The position numbers were made by a program, and so were the translations under genes. Positions 1-11,098 of a stretch of DNA of 29,896 nucleotides are shown here, piece after piece; the stretch's first letter is position 1, and each line of letters opens with the position of its first letter. The DNA is from a virus. The notes under the pieces were generated by a model, which was not told where the DNA came from, made no database searches, and worked only from the letters and a program-made list of their open reading frames with translations. The stretch lies in the IMG/VR virus record IMGVR_UViG_3300031760_000017. The stretch is one strand, 5' to 3'.

Positions 1-2
1 CT

Positions 3-693
3 GTGGCTGCCGCTTTTGGTTGTAAAATGGTTCTTGGTTCAGATGCTCATTATCTTAAAAAAGAAGATAGATATGTACATAAAGCATATCTTAATTCAAA
101 AGGTGGAGAGCGTGAAGTTGATGCGTTTTATGAATACGCATATCTTCAAGATGAAAATGATATAAAAGAAAACATTTTACCATCTGAATTAAACTATGAT
201 GAGTTAGTTTTTAATTCATATGAAATTTATAATAAAATTAAAAATTATGATATTAGACATCAACAAACAATTCCAAAAGTGAAAGTTAAAGATTATCCAA
301 AAGAAGATGAAGAATTAAAAAATAAAAATCATAATGGAATAAGATTTTTTAATGATAAATATCCTATTTTAGCAAATATGAAAAAATCTGAAGATATTTA
401 TGAGAGATATTGGGTAAACGAATGTATTAATAAATTAGATAAACTACGTTTATATAATAATAAATACCTTTCTCGATTAGAAGAAGAAGCGGATATTAAG
501 AAAACTATTAGTGAAAAATTAGGAACTAATATGTTTAGTTATCCAATAACTCTTCAACATTACGTTGACCTCTTTTGGGAGTGCGGAAGCACAGTTGGTG
601 CGGGACGTGGTTCATCTTGCTCAGGGTTAAATCATTATCTTTTAGGCATTACTCAGCTTGACCCAATTAAATGGGATCTTCCGTTCTGGAGAT
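3..693 (+). CDS. DNA polymerase III alpha subunit (DnaE/PolC family), exon 1. It is 5'-truncated by the window edge. It contains the PHP domain and the conserved GAGRGSSCSGLNHYLLGITQLDP...FWR stretch.
   Basis: The ORF 3..704 translation matches the DnaE PHP/palm motif GPGRGSAAGSLVAYxLGIT-DPL-FxxLFERFLN. The reading frame is broken after FWR by the intron. Exon 2 continues with YLNKERVELGDIDLDLC, which aligns with DnaE FLNPERVSMPDFDVDFC. Confidence 0.85.
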
Positions 694-1729
694 TAGAACT
701 TTAAGAAATAGTCTCCCTATACTGTGAAGTATAGTATAAAAAATTTTGTGAACTCTATTGCTCAGAGGTGTGTAAAGAACGTTAAGTATTTAGTAGGAAA
801 TGACTAATTAATCTTTATGCTAACAGGGGAGCCTTAGCAAGTAAAGTTGAAGGTAATCCAGTGCCAAGCCTATTATTAGGAAGGTGTAACGACTATCCGA
901 AAGGAGTAGGGCAGATGATGAGCTACTGCTCGAAGTGCAAAAATCTTTAAATATTTTCTACCACTTTGGTCAAAGTGGGATAAATTAATTAATCGAATTT
1001 TTATATATAATAGAGAGATATAGAAAGGAGATTAATAATATGTTAATCTATAAAATAACGAATTTAATAAATAATAAATGTTATATTGGTCAGACAATAA
1101 AAACTGCTGAATAGAGATGGAAAGAACATCAAAGTCATGCATTTGGCTCGCATTTAAATGATCAAAATAAAACTTTATATAAAGCAATAAGAAAATATGG
1201 TCTTGAAAATTTTACTTTTGAAGTTCTTCAAGATAATATTGAAACTTTTGAACAATTAGATAAGGCAGAAATTTATTGGATTGATTATTATAATAGTTTT
1301 GTAAAAGGATATAATGAAACTTTTGGTGGTCAACAATATCATAAAATTCTACCAAATAAAGAGATTATAGAAGATTATTACAAAACAAAAAGTGCTAGAA
1401 AAACTGCTTTAAAATTTGGAATAGATCATTCTACAGTAGATGACATTTTAAATCAAAATAATATTCCAAGATTCAGTTTTAGAGAAGCCACAGGAAAAAG
1501 AATTAAAATTTCAAAAGATGATTTTGAAAAAGATTTTAATTCAGTTAAAGATTGTGCTGAATGGTTTGTAGAAAATCAAATCTGCAAAACTAAAAATGTA
1601 GAAAGCGCAAGAGCTGGATTAAAAACTGCAAGATCATCTAAAGGAAATGGCTTATATTATGGTTATTTAATAGAAAATATTTAAAGAATAAGATATAGTC
1701 TGTGCCATTAGAAATAATGGAATTACACG
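694..1729 (+). mobile_element. Group I self-splicing intron in the DNA polymerase gene.
   Basis: The 5' exon end ggagaU (688-693) pairs with an internal guide gtctcc (711-716), including a U.G wobble at the splice site. Conserved R/S-like P7 elements gactatc (891-897) and aagatatagtct (1690-1701) are present. A P9-like hairpin ccatta..taatgg follows. The terminal omega-G at 1729 leaves the splice in frame (FWR-Y-LNKERV). An internal HEG has its own RBS. Confidence 0.8.
1040..1684 (+). CDS. GIY-YIG homing endonuclease encoded within the polymerase intron. It contains one in-frame TAG at 1112-1114.
   Basis: The N-terminus reads MLIYKITNLINNKCYIGQTIKTAE-TAG-RWKEH, the GIY..YIG...R..H motif as in I-TevI and Seg proteins. 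The RBS aaaggag lies 8 nt upstream. The C-terminal region is a basic DNA-binding tail. The TAG interrupts the motif and must be read through. Confidence 0.8.
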
Positions 1730-4356
1730 ATTTAAATAAAGAACGTGTTGAGTTAGGCGACATAGACTTAGATCTTTGCCCTTCAAAACGTCCATTAATT
1801 CTTCAAAAAATAAAAGAAGAACGTGGTCAGAATTTTAATAAAGATATTGATGATTTAAGTAGAAAAAACCTTGGTTGTACACTTATTGCGACTTTTGGTA
1901 CAGAAGGAACTAAATCAGCAGTATTAACAGCTTGCCGCGGTTACCGCTCAGAAGATTTTCCAGACGGGATTGATGTTGATACAGCTCAGTTTTTATCTTC
2001 TTTGATTCCAAGTGAAAGAGGTTTCTTATGGCCTCTTAAAGATGTCGTTTATGGAAATAAAGATAAAGATAGAAAACCAATTACGCCTTTTATTTCAGAA
2101 ATTAATTTATATCCTGGTCTATTAGATATTGCAATGGCGATTGAAGGATTGATAAATAAAAGGTCTAGTCATGCTTCTGGTGTTATTCTTTTTGATGAAG
2201 ACCCGTACGAGTTTGGATGTTTTATGAAAACTCCAAAAGGAGAAATTATAACTCAATGGGATCTTCATAAATGTGAAGCATGTGGCATGACAAAATATGA
2301 TTTCCTTGTAACAGAAGTTCAGGATAAAATTGTTCAAACAATTAAACTTCTTCAAAAAAATAATAAAATTGATAAAGACCTTTCTTTAAGAGAGGTGTAT
2401 GATAAATATCTTCATCCAGAAGTTTTACCTTTAAACGACGAAAAAATATGGAAAGCTCTTCAAAATAATAGCGTTTTAAATGTTTTCCAGTTTGATTCAG
2501 ATGTAGGATCACAAGCCGCAAAGAAAATTAAACCAACTAATATTCTTGAAATGGCGGATGCCAATGGTTTAATGCGTCTTATGACATCTGAGAAAGGCGA
2601 AGAGACGCCTATGGAAAAATATATTCGTTATAAAAATAATATCTTATTATGGTATCAAGAGATGAATCGAGCTGGATTAACAGATGAAGAGCAAAAAATT
2701 ATTGAACCATATTTCAAACAATCTTATGGAGTTCCGCCATCACAAGAGCAATTAATGAGAATGTTAATGGATAAGAATATTTGTAACTTCTCATTAAAAG
2801 AAGCTAATGCCGCACGTAAAATTGTTGGTAAAAAACAAATGGCAAAGATTCCTGAATTACATCAAAAAATCTTAGATACAGCTTCTAGTTCGTCTCTTGG
2901 TAAATATATTTGGAAATGCGGTGTTGGTCCTCAGATGGGATATTCGTTCTCTATTATTCACGCTCTTGCTTATTCTTTTATTGGAGTTCAAACAATTTAT
3001 TTAGCGACTAATTGGAATCCAATTTATTGGAATACCGCATGTCTAATTATTAATAGTGCTTCTCTTGAAGATGAAGATGACGATGAAGATGATGATGAAG
3101 ATAACACTAAAGATAAATCTACTGATTATTCTAAATTAGCAAAAGCTATTGGAGATATAACTTCAAAAGGAATTAAAGTATCATTAATTGATATTAATAA
3201 ATCTGGATATAGTTTTGAACCAGATGAAGAAAATAATGAAATTCTTTTTGGATTAAAAGGTGTTAATAAAATTGGCGGTCCAGTTATTGATAAGATTATT
3301 GGCGGTCGCCCCTACACTGGAATTATTGATTTTATGAATAGATGCCCGCTAAATAAAACTCAAATGATTTCATTAATTAAGTCAGGAGCTTTTGATAAGG
3401 TTGATAATAATTGGGCATCAGAAATCTGTAAAGAAAACCCAAGATATGCAATAATGGCGTATTATATATCAATAGCTAGTGAACCAAAGAAAAAATTAAC
3501 ATTACAAAATTTTAATGGATTATTAAAAAATAAATTAATTCCAGAAAGTTTACTTAAACAACAACAGATTTTTATATTTAATAAATTTCTTAAAGAAAAT
3601 AAAAAAGTTGGTAAATACTATGTTTTTGATGAAGGTTCTTTAAATTTTTATTCTTATTACTTTGATTTAAATGAATTAGATGTTATTAATGGAATTACTT
3701 GTATTCTTCAAAGTAGATGGGATAAAATTTATAAGAGAGAAATGGATGAAGTTAGAGGTTGGTTAAAAGAAAATCAAGAAGAGGTTTTAAATCAATATAA
3801 TAACTTATTATTTAAAGAAACTTGGAATAAATATGCAACTGGAAACGTTTCTGCTTGGGAGATGGAAAGTTTATGTTTTTATTATCATGAACATGAATTA
3901 CTTAATATTGATAATTATAAATATGGAATTGTAAACTTTTCATCTTTATCAGAAGAGCCAGTAGTTGATTATTTCTTTAAGAGAGGAGATAGAAAAATTC
4001 CAATCTTTAAATTATATAGAATTGCTGGAACAATTATTAGTAAAAATAATACTAAAGCATCTATCACCATTTTAACAACAGATGGAGTTGTAAATGTAAA
4101 ATTTACAAAAGAATATTATGCTATGTTTAATCGTCAAATTTCTGAAAAGCAACCAGATGGTACTAAAAAAGTATTAGAAAAAGGTTGGTTTTCTCGTGGT
4201 ACAAAAGTTTTAATCACAGGATTTAGACGAGAAGACACCTTTGTAGCAAAAACTTATAAAGCAACTCCTACTCATCAATTATATAGAATCATCAATGTAA
4301 ATGATAAAAAGATTACCTTAGAACATGAAAGGATAAACGCAAATGTAGAAGATTAA
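1730..4356 (+). CDS. DNA polymerase III alpha subunit, exon 2 (palm/fingers/OB region). It has an acidic low-complexity insert EDEDDDEDDDEDN at about 3058-3100.
   Basis: The ORF 1702..4356 (884 aa) has no in-frame TAG, TAA or TGA. It runs LNKERVELGDIDLDLCPSKR...GVILFDEDPY...QWDLHKCEACGMTKYDFL and has DnaE-like order. It ends with TAA. Confidence 0.85.
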
Positions 4357-4918
4357 AGTTCTTGCGCTTTTTGGAGAGTCAGGTGCTGGAAAAGATACAA
4401 TCCAGCACTGGCTCGAATGGTATTTAAAAGATACTATACATAGAATAGTATCTTATACAACAAGACCTCAACGAAGCTATGAAATTGAAGGTCGTGATTA
4501 TTATTTTATATCAAAAGATAAATTTTTTGAATAGCTCAATGATAATAAAATACTTGAATACACCTGTTTTAATGATTGGTATTATGGAACTTCCATTAAT
4601 GAATTAAAAAAAGATAAAATAAATATAGGAGTTTTTAATCCACAAGGTATTCGCAGCCTACTATCACATTCAGATACTATTGATGTGCTTCCAGTTTGGA
4701 TAAAAACAAAAAACAAATAGCGTCTCTTGCGCTCTTTAAAAAGAGAAATTTATCCAAACTGCACAGAGATTTGTCGTCGTTTTTTAGCAGACCAAAAAGA
4801 TTTTCAAGGAATTGATTTTGAATATGAATTCTTTTTAAACGACACAGATACAGATCATTATATTGGATTTCTTAATAGACCAAAAGTAGCAGTATTTTTA
4901 AAGGACAAAAATGATTAA
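4342..4918 (+). CDS. Guanylate kinase-like (d)NMP kinase. It has three in-frame TAGs, at codon 2, about 4531 and about 4720.
   Basis: It contains the P-loop LFGESGAGKDTI and the GMP-binding motif SYTTRPQRSYEIEGRDYYFISKDKFFE-TAG-LNDNKILEY...WYYGT. The start ATG overlaps the polymerase stop. The track ORF 4727..4918 is the C-terminal fragment after the last TAG. Confidence 0.75.
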
Positions 4919-4987
4919 TTTTATTAAAAGTTTTTTAAATAATAAGAGAGAAATTATATGATTTTTAGTAAAACGGGAGGTTTTTAA

Positions 4988-5215
4988 ATGATTATATTAT
5001 ATTCAACAAATTGCCCAAAATGCAATGTTTTAAAACAGAAACTACAAAATCTTAATATTGATTTTTAGATTTCTGAAGATATTAAAGAATTAATTTAGAG
5101 AGGTTTTAGAGAAGCTCCTATTTTAAAGATTGATAATTAGTATTTAAAATTTTCTGAAGCTATTCAATGGGTAAAGGAGAAAACGAAACTTGAACATAAC
5201 AATTAGACTAAATAA
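4988..5215 (+). CDS. NrdH/glutaredoxin-like redoxin. It has four in-frame TAGs.
   Basis: MIILYSTNCPKCNVLKQKL...GFREAPILKIDN matches the NrdH CxxC thioredoxin fold (compare YTRNDCVQCHATK...GFRQLPVV). The RBS gggagg lies upstream. The gene sits immediately upstream of nrdD, as in NrdH-containing operons. Confidence 0.65.
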
Positions 5216-7130
5216 AAACTTTACGACAGCTTATAATAGATTACAAGCTGAATATGGAACTTAGATTGCAAAAATAAACGGTTTTGCAGATGAGCAACTA
5301 TCTTATAATGATTTTATTAGTAATTTTATAAATGAAGATACCGTTGCGGATGCTAGTATTGATGGTAATTCAAATGTATCTCACAAAGACATTGTTACAT
5401 TACTAAATGAAATGCCTAAATCTCATAGAAAATTATTAGCTTTTAATAAAATTCATTATGAAATGCAGAAAAAATATGGTTTTAAAATAGCTAATGAGTG
5501 GTTAAAACTTGAATGGATGGGTGCATTATATATGCACGATTCTGATACATCTACTTTTAAAAGTTATTGTTTTGCTTATGATTTAAAAGATGTTGCAGAA
5601 AAAGGTTTGTTTTTCTTAGGTAAAAATTTTAATGCAAAACCGCCGCAACATTTAGGGACATTTGTTGATTTTGTAAAAGAATTTATTTCTTATAATAGTA
5701 ATAGAACATCTGGTGCAGTAGGTTTACCTAATTTAATTCCTTATATGTTTTATTTCTGGAATAAAGATATAAAAGAACACTATTGGTTAGGACCGCCAAA
5801 AAAATATGCTATTCAAAATTTTCAAAGATTTATTTATGCAGTAAATCAACCTTATGTAAGAGACGGTTCTCAATCAGCTTTTACTAATACATCAGTATTT
5901 GATCGTCCTTATTTTGAAGCTCTATTTGGAGGAAGTGTTTTCCCAGATGGAAGTTTTATGATTGATTATGAAGATGAAATTATTAATTTTCAAAAATGGT
6001 ATATGGAAACCATGTCTGCTATTCGATCTGAAAATATGATGACTTTCCCAGTAAGCACAATTTCATTGCTATATCAAGATGGTAATTTTGTAGATGAAGA
6101 TTTTGCAAAATGGGCTATTAAGCATAATATGAGATGGTCAGATAGTAATTTATTTGTAGATGATAGTGTTAATAGTTTATCTAACTGTTGTAGATTAAAA
6201 AGTAATATTGATGAACTAGGATACTTTAATTCTATTGGTGGAACCGCATTGAAAGTTGGTTCTGTAAAAGTTAATACTATAAACTTAGCTAGATTAGCTC
6301 TTGATACTGATTCGGAAGAAGAATATTTAAAAGAGTTAAAAAGAAGAACAATTATTTGCTTACAATCTTTAGATTGTGTTAGACACATTATCAAAAGAAA
6401 TGTAGAAAAAGGTTTACTTCCTAATTTTTCTTATGGATTAATAGATTTTGAACATCTTTATAATACTATTGGGTTCTTAGGCATTTATGAAACCATGAAA
6501 GCTTTTAATTATATTAAAGAAGACGAATTTGGAAATATTTTTTATACAGAAGAAGCTTCTAAATTTGGTAAAAAAATCTTTGATGTAATTCATTCAACAG
6601 CAGATGATTTTATTGAAAAAAATCATTTAGATTATAAAATAAATACAGAACAAATCCCTGGAGAAACTGCAGCTGATAAATTAATGAAAAAAGATAAATT
6701 CTTTTATCCAACTGCAACTATTTATGATTTGCCTCTTTATGGTAACCAATTTATCCCTCTTGGAATAAAAACAACATTACAAGAAAGAATTAGAATTCAA
6801 GCTTTATTTGATCATTATTGTAATGGAGGTTCAATTCTACATGCTAATATAGATGCTCCATTTGATAGTTTTGATAAAGCTTGGGATATGGTAAAATACA
6901 TAGCCGATCAAGGTGTAACGTATTTTGCTTTTAATACGAAGATTCAAGCATGTGAGGATAATCATGCTTTTTATGGGACAACATGCCCAATTTGTGGTAA
7001 ACCTATCGCAACAGAATATACAAGAATTGTTGGATTCTATACTCCAATTAGAACATGGTCTACTCATAGAAAACAAGAATATAGTATGAGGAGATGGGAG
7101 AAAATAAATGATAATAAAAGGACTAATTGA
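5190..7130 (+). CDS. nrdD: Anaerobic ribonucleoside-triphosphate reductase (class III RNR) NrdD. The likely start is TTG at 5190 after the RBS aaggag. There is one in-frame TAG at 5262.
   Basis: The track ORF 5412..7130 (572 aa, TAG-free) aligns with T4 NrdD: ...GALYMHDSD (compare GIIHVHDID), the zinc ribbon CPICG, and the glycyl-radical motif RIVGFYTP near the C-terminus. The conserved N-terminal region continues upstream of 5412 through one TAG, back to a TAA at 5172. The stop is TGA. Confidence 0.85.
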
Positions 7131-7608
7131 TGAAGATTTTATAAATTATAAAAAGCCTTCTATGACTATTGAATTTCCTTATTGCACTTTTAAATGTGAT
7201 AAAGAATGCAATCAATCTATATGTCAAAATAGTACTTTAATAAAATAGCCAGATATTGAAATAAGTTATGATGATTTATTACAAAGATATATAAATAATT
7301 CAATAACAAAAGCTATTATCTTTCAAGGATTAGAGCCTTTAGATTCTCTTTCTGATGTTATAAATTTAATAACTTTATTTCGTATTAAATATAATTGTAA
7401 AGATGATATAGTAATTTACACAGGATATAAAGAAGAAGAAAAAGAAGTTTGCTTTTTAAAAGAATTTCTTTTATCATCATATAAATAGATTAATAAAAAT
7501 ATTATAATTAAATATGGAAGATATATACCAAATCGATCTTCTCGTTTTGACTAGATACTAGGAGTAAATCTTTCATCAAATAACCAATATGCTAAAAAAA
7601 TTTGCTAA
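7108..7608 (+). CDS. nrdG: Anaerobic RNR activating protein (radical SAM) NrdG. It has three in-frame TAGs.
   Basis: The FPYCTFKCDKECNQSIC cluster corresponds to the T4 NrdG region GCLHKCEGCYN. QGLEPLD matches GGDPL, and IVIYTGYKEEE matches IWLWTGYKFED. It overlaps the nrdD stop, and the RBS gaggag lies upstream. Confidence 0.8.
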
Positions 7609-7620
7609 AAGAGGTTAAAA

Positions 7621-7998
7621 ATGAAAACAAAAGAAATTCCAATAGGAACTTTATATGATTTTAATAAACAAATAATATTGCGGCAAGGTAAATTAACAGG
7701 CAAAAAAATTGAATCAATTAAAAAAGAATTAGAAGATTGGTTTAATTGGCAAATTGATGGATATGCTATGTTGCTTTGTCGAGAAAGATATGATTTTACA
7801 GTATTTCATTTATATGAGAAATTGAACCGCAACCCACCTGCGGTTGCCGCAAATGAACTCATTGACATTTTAAAAAATAGAGGAAGAATCCTTTCAATAG
7901 AGCAAGAAGAAGATAAATGGGAAATTTGGTTAGAAATTGGCGGAGAAGCCTTTGCCTACTATTTATTTAATTGTGATGATTGGGTTATCCAATGTTAA
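7621..7998 (+). CDS. Hypothetical protein (125 aa), TAG-free.
   Basis: This is an intact ORF with RBS agaggt, and its spacing to neighbours is tight. I recognised no motif. Confidence 0.5.
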   Translation: MKTKEIPIGTLYDFNKQIILRQGKLTGKKIESIKKELEDWFNWQIDGYAMLLCRERYDFTVFHLYEKLNRNPPAVAANELIDILKNRGRILSIEQEEDKWEIWLEIGGEAFAYYLFNCDDWVIQC

Positions 7999-8007
7999 GG
8001 AGAAAAT

Positions 8008-8268
8008 ATGAAAAAGATTATAGGAATTATTCATCCTTTTGACTTATATCAAATCCTTTACGTCTATTAGGATGGAAATAAATTAGAAGCAAGAAAAGTT
8101 AAAACAGGAAATATTCCAGAAACAATATTTGAATTATCTTAGCTTTATGATACTTATCAAATTGACTTAACTGGAGCTAAACATTATAATCTAGGTATTA
8201 TAAAACAAATACAAGAAAAAGAATTATTAAGATATAATAAAAATAAACTAACTATAAAATGTATTTAA
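8008..8268 (+). CDS. Hypothetical small protein (about 86 aa) with two in-frame TAGs.
   Basis: ATG at 8008 follows the RBS aaggag. The frame is continuous except for two TAGs and ends with TAA. Confidence 0.45.
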
Positions 8269-8280
8269 AAAGGAGATAAT

Positions 8281-8526
8281 ATGTCAAAATATTTAGTAAG
8301 TACAGTAGAAACATATAGAGTCGATACAGAAGCGGAAGCAACTAAAGCAATAGAAGAAGCAAAAAGTGATAATGCGTATGTTCTTGGAAAATATACAAGC
8401 GAACATAAAACTCGTAAAGCAAAAGGCGAAATTGTTGATGAATATTGGAAGTTATCTTTAACAAAATTATTTAATGATATTAAAGAAGCTAATACTATTG
8501 TAGAAATTAATTATGAGGTAGAATAA
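8281..8526 (+). CDS. Hypothetical protein (81 aa).
   Basis: Track ORF with RBS aaaggag. Its stop overlaps the dut start (ATAATG). Confidence 0.5.
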   Translation: MSKYLVSTVETYRVDTEAEATKAIEEAKSDNAYVLGKYTSEHKTRKAKGEIVDEYWKLSLTKLFNDIKEANTIVEINYEVE

Positions 8527-8969
8527 TGACAGAAAATATAAAAGTTAAAAAACTTAATGATTTAGCTAGATTTCCAACGAGGGGTTCTTCGGCCGCGGCA
8601 GGATATGATTTATATGCGGCAACTGATGGTCCTGTTTATATTTTACCACATTCCACAATGAAAATTGGAACAGGTCTTTCTTTTGAACTTCCTGAAGGAA
8701 CATTTGCAGCAATATTTGCTAGATCAGGTATTGCCGCAAAACAAGGTCTTCGTCCCGCCAATTGCGTAGGCATATGTGACAGTGATTATCGTGGATAGTA
8801 TATTGTAGCTATTCATAATGATACAGATGAGGTCCAAACTATTGTATCTCAAGAACGAATCGCTCAAATGATTCTTCTTCCTTATATAGAAATGGATTTT
8901 TATGAAGTAGATAATTTATCTGAGACAGAGCGCGGAGAAGGCGGCTTTGGTTCAACTGGTAAAGTTTAA
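8526..8969 (+). CDS. dut: dUTP diphosphatase (trimeric dUTPase). It has one in-frame TAG at 8796-8798.
   Basis: Motifs present: ARFPTRGSSAAAGYDLYA (motifs 1 and 2), RSGIAAKQG, CDSDYRG-TAG-YIV (motif 3), ERIAQMI (motif 4) and ERGEGGFGSTGK (motif 5). The track ORF 8526..8798 stops at the TAG inside motif 3. Confidence 0.9.
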
Positions 8970-8989
8970 TAAAAGAGGAGATTTTTAAA

Positions 8990-9184
8990 ATGACGAAAAA
9001 AAATATTGTTACCGTTCGATGGTGGGATGGTTATATGGAATCATTTTAGTGTGAATAGGTTAGATTCGGAAGCGATTTATTATGGATGAGATTAACTGAT
9101 GGGAAAAACCGTCATATTCCTATTAAATATGTACGTTGGTATAGTTTATCAATAGAGAGTCATGAATCTAATAATGATAAATAA
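8990..9184 (+). CDS. Hypothetical small protein (64 aa) with two in-frame TAGs.
   Basis: The RBS aagaggag precedes the ATG. It is the last plus-strand gene before the terminator. Confidence 0.4.
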
Positions 9185-9188
9185 AAAA

Positions 9189-9232
9189 GAGGGTAGATGA
9201 TTTAATCATCTACCCTTTTATTTTTATTCATT
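9189..9232. terminator. Bidirectional rho-independent terminator between the convergent early (plus) and morphogenesis (minus) transcription units.
   Basis: Perfect 11-bp stem agggtagatga / tcatctaccct with a 5-nt loop. It is flanked by an A-tract on the left and tttatttttatt on the right. Confidence 0.8.
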
Positions 9233-9781
9233 TTCCATCGGTAAATTAGTTATAATATTTCTACCGCCGTTTGCATAAGTAGCAAAATCAATTACTTGTT
9301 TATATTTATTTACATCAAAACTTTCTACAATTTTTGCAGCAGCCTCTGCATTCGCGGGTAAATCATTAATAAATGATTGAATAATTGCCGCAACGCTCAT
9401 ATGATTCTGTATTAAAGAATCTTTAATCGCATTAAGTTGTACAAAAAGTTCATTATATTCCTCTTCATTAATAGCTTGGAAAAACTGTTCAAAGAATCCA
9501 TTACTCTTTAATGTATCATATAATTTTAATTCATCTTCTCTTTGTTTTTCAGTAAATGAAATATTTGTATATAAATACACTAAATTTAATTCAAAATAAA
9601 GATTCAATTTAAATTCATTATAAATACCATTTTCCTAAGCTTTCTGTAATGTAATCATTAATAAATCATACTTATCTCTTGCGGGAAGATATTGTAAAAC
9701 CTAAATCTTTTGTCCGCAAAAATCAAAAGTTTTAATCTATGAATTAACTTTTAATTTCATATTTGCATATGATACTTTCAT
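9224..9781 (-). CDS. Hypothetical protein (about 185 aa), last gene of the minus-strand operon. It has three in-frame TAGs.
   Basis: Its RBS is aaggagat. The track ORF 9224..9607 is its C-terminal 127 aa. The N-terminal continuation is in frame across TAGs. Confidence 0.55.
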
Positions 9782-9794
9782 TTTTTATCTCCTT

Positions 9795-11018
9795 TTAACT
9801 CCCTCTGCTTCTATTATTAATAGTTGTTTTTAATCTTTGTAAATCAGTATCAAGATTAATAGCATCAGTAATTTTTGTTTTTAAAACCTAATCTATTTTA
9901 TTATACAATCTATTTCGTGTATTTGCATCTTTTTTTGCTGTCTATTTCCAATTCTAAACGTCTTTTTTAGAAAAAGCCCCTTGACTTCTTACAACTTTTT
10001 CAGCGAAGTCAAAAATTTGTTTAAGTCCTAAAGAAGAAGCGCCGCCTCCTTTTATCCCATATTCTGTATCTCCTAAAGAAACATCGCCAGCTAAAAAGCC
10101 AGATTCATCATCAACTCCAACAACTCCACCATGACTCCATTTTTTTATATTATCCTAACTCGTTCCTTGCTAACTGAGATAAAGTCTTGTTCCATTTTCA
10201 TTACCAAATAAAAAAAACTCTACTTGATGTTCTAAATCTTTATTTTTAAATGGTGCAAAAATATGATTAAGAGCATAAGCTGCATAAGCCTAACTAATAT
10301 CTCCACCTGCAACAACAAAAACTCCATGCCATCTTTTATCAATTTTATATAATACAATTTTTAATTTTTCACGAGTTCCGTCAGTTTTTCTATATTTAGC
10401 ATGCCTATATCGCCATATTACTTCTAAATAAGTACTCCTTAAAGCCGAAAAATCAGAATTAGTAGTAGAAAACTCTATCATGTTTTTTTCTTCTTTTTCC
10501 TCATTAGTAGTTCTTTTATATTTATTTATATTATATTTAAATATCATATTACTTTTATCAAAGCCAGACAATAAATCTTCACTATCAGCAAAAAGAATCG
10601 TAGCATTATCTTCAAAAACAAAAACCATCTGAACATATTGATCTAAAATCTAATTCATTTTTTCTTGATACCACATAATATTTTTGTAAAAACTTTTTGT
10701 AGCTGTCTAATTTAAAGTAGCACTTTGCATATAATTTTTAAAAAAAGTAAAGTATTCTAATGTTTTTGAATCTATTTCATCTGGTTTTTTTGCAGCACTT
10801 TTTATATTTCTTCTAAGTTGAACTATTCGATTTCTAATTTTTCTTGATGTCGTAAGGCTTTTTATTATCTAATCATTCCTTTTTAAAAATAAAAAAGAAT
10901 AATTATAAATTTTTGCATTTATTTCATCAATTTCAGGTTGAGTCATTTCAATAGCATTATCACCAAGTTCTTCATATATACGTTTTATTTCATTTTGATC
11001 AGTAACTATTGAAGCCAT
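9795..11018 (-). CDS. Hypothetical protein (about 407 aa) with nine in-frame TAGs. It has a Gly/Asp-rich conserved-looking block, HGGVVGVDDESGFLAGDVSLGDTEYGIKGGGASSLGLK.
   Basis: The track ORF 10290..10628 is an internal fragment. Frame continuity runs from the ATG at 11018 (RBS aggtga) to TAA at 9795. Confidence 0.5.
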
Positions 11019-11049
11019 TTTATATCACCTATATTTATTTTTTAAAAAA

Positions 11050-11078
11050 AATAAGGGGAATATTTATATTCCCCTTAT
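11050..11078 (-). terminator. Rho-independent terminator downstream of the 330-aa structural gene.
   Basis: Minus-strand hairpin aaggggaatat-aaat-attcccctt followed by a T-run. Confidence 0.65.
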
Positions 11079-11098
11079 TAAATTAAAGATTATTGTCA

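Noticed and set aside
694-1729. Inteins, rather than introns, in the polymerase and terminase.
   Set aside because: The inserts break the reading frame with stop codons and carry separately initiated endonuclease ORFs with their own RBS. RNA-level hallmarks are present: P1 guide pairing with U.G, R/S-like elements and a terminal G.
2122-7076. Minus-strand track ORFs 2122..2355, 6074..6394 and 6837..7076 inside the polymerase and nrdD.
   Set aside because: They are antisense to strongly supported conserved genes. They have no RBS and a composition-driven open frame only.
5190-7130. TGA-to-Trp (table 4) recoding as an alternative explanation.
   Set aside because: nrdD, the 446-aa gene and the 120-aa membrane protein terminate cleanly at TGA, with further stops following. 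No conserved domain is interrupted by TGA.
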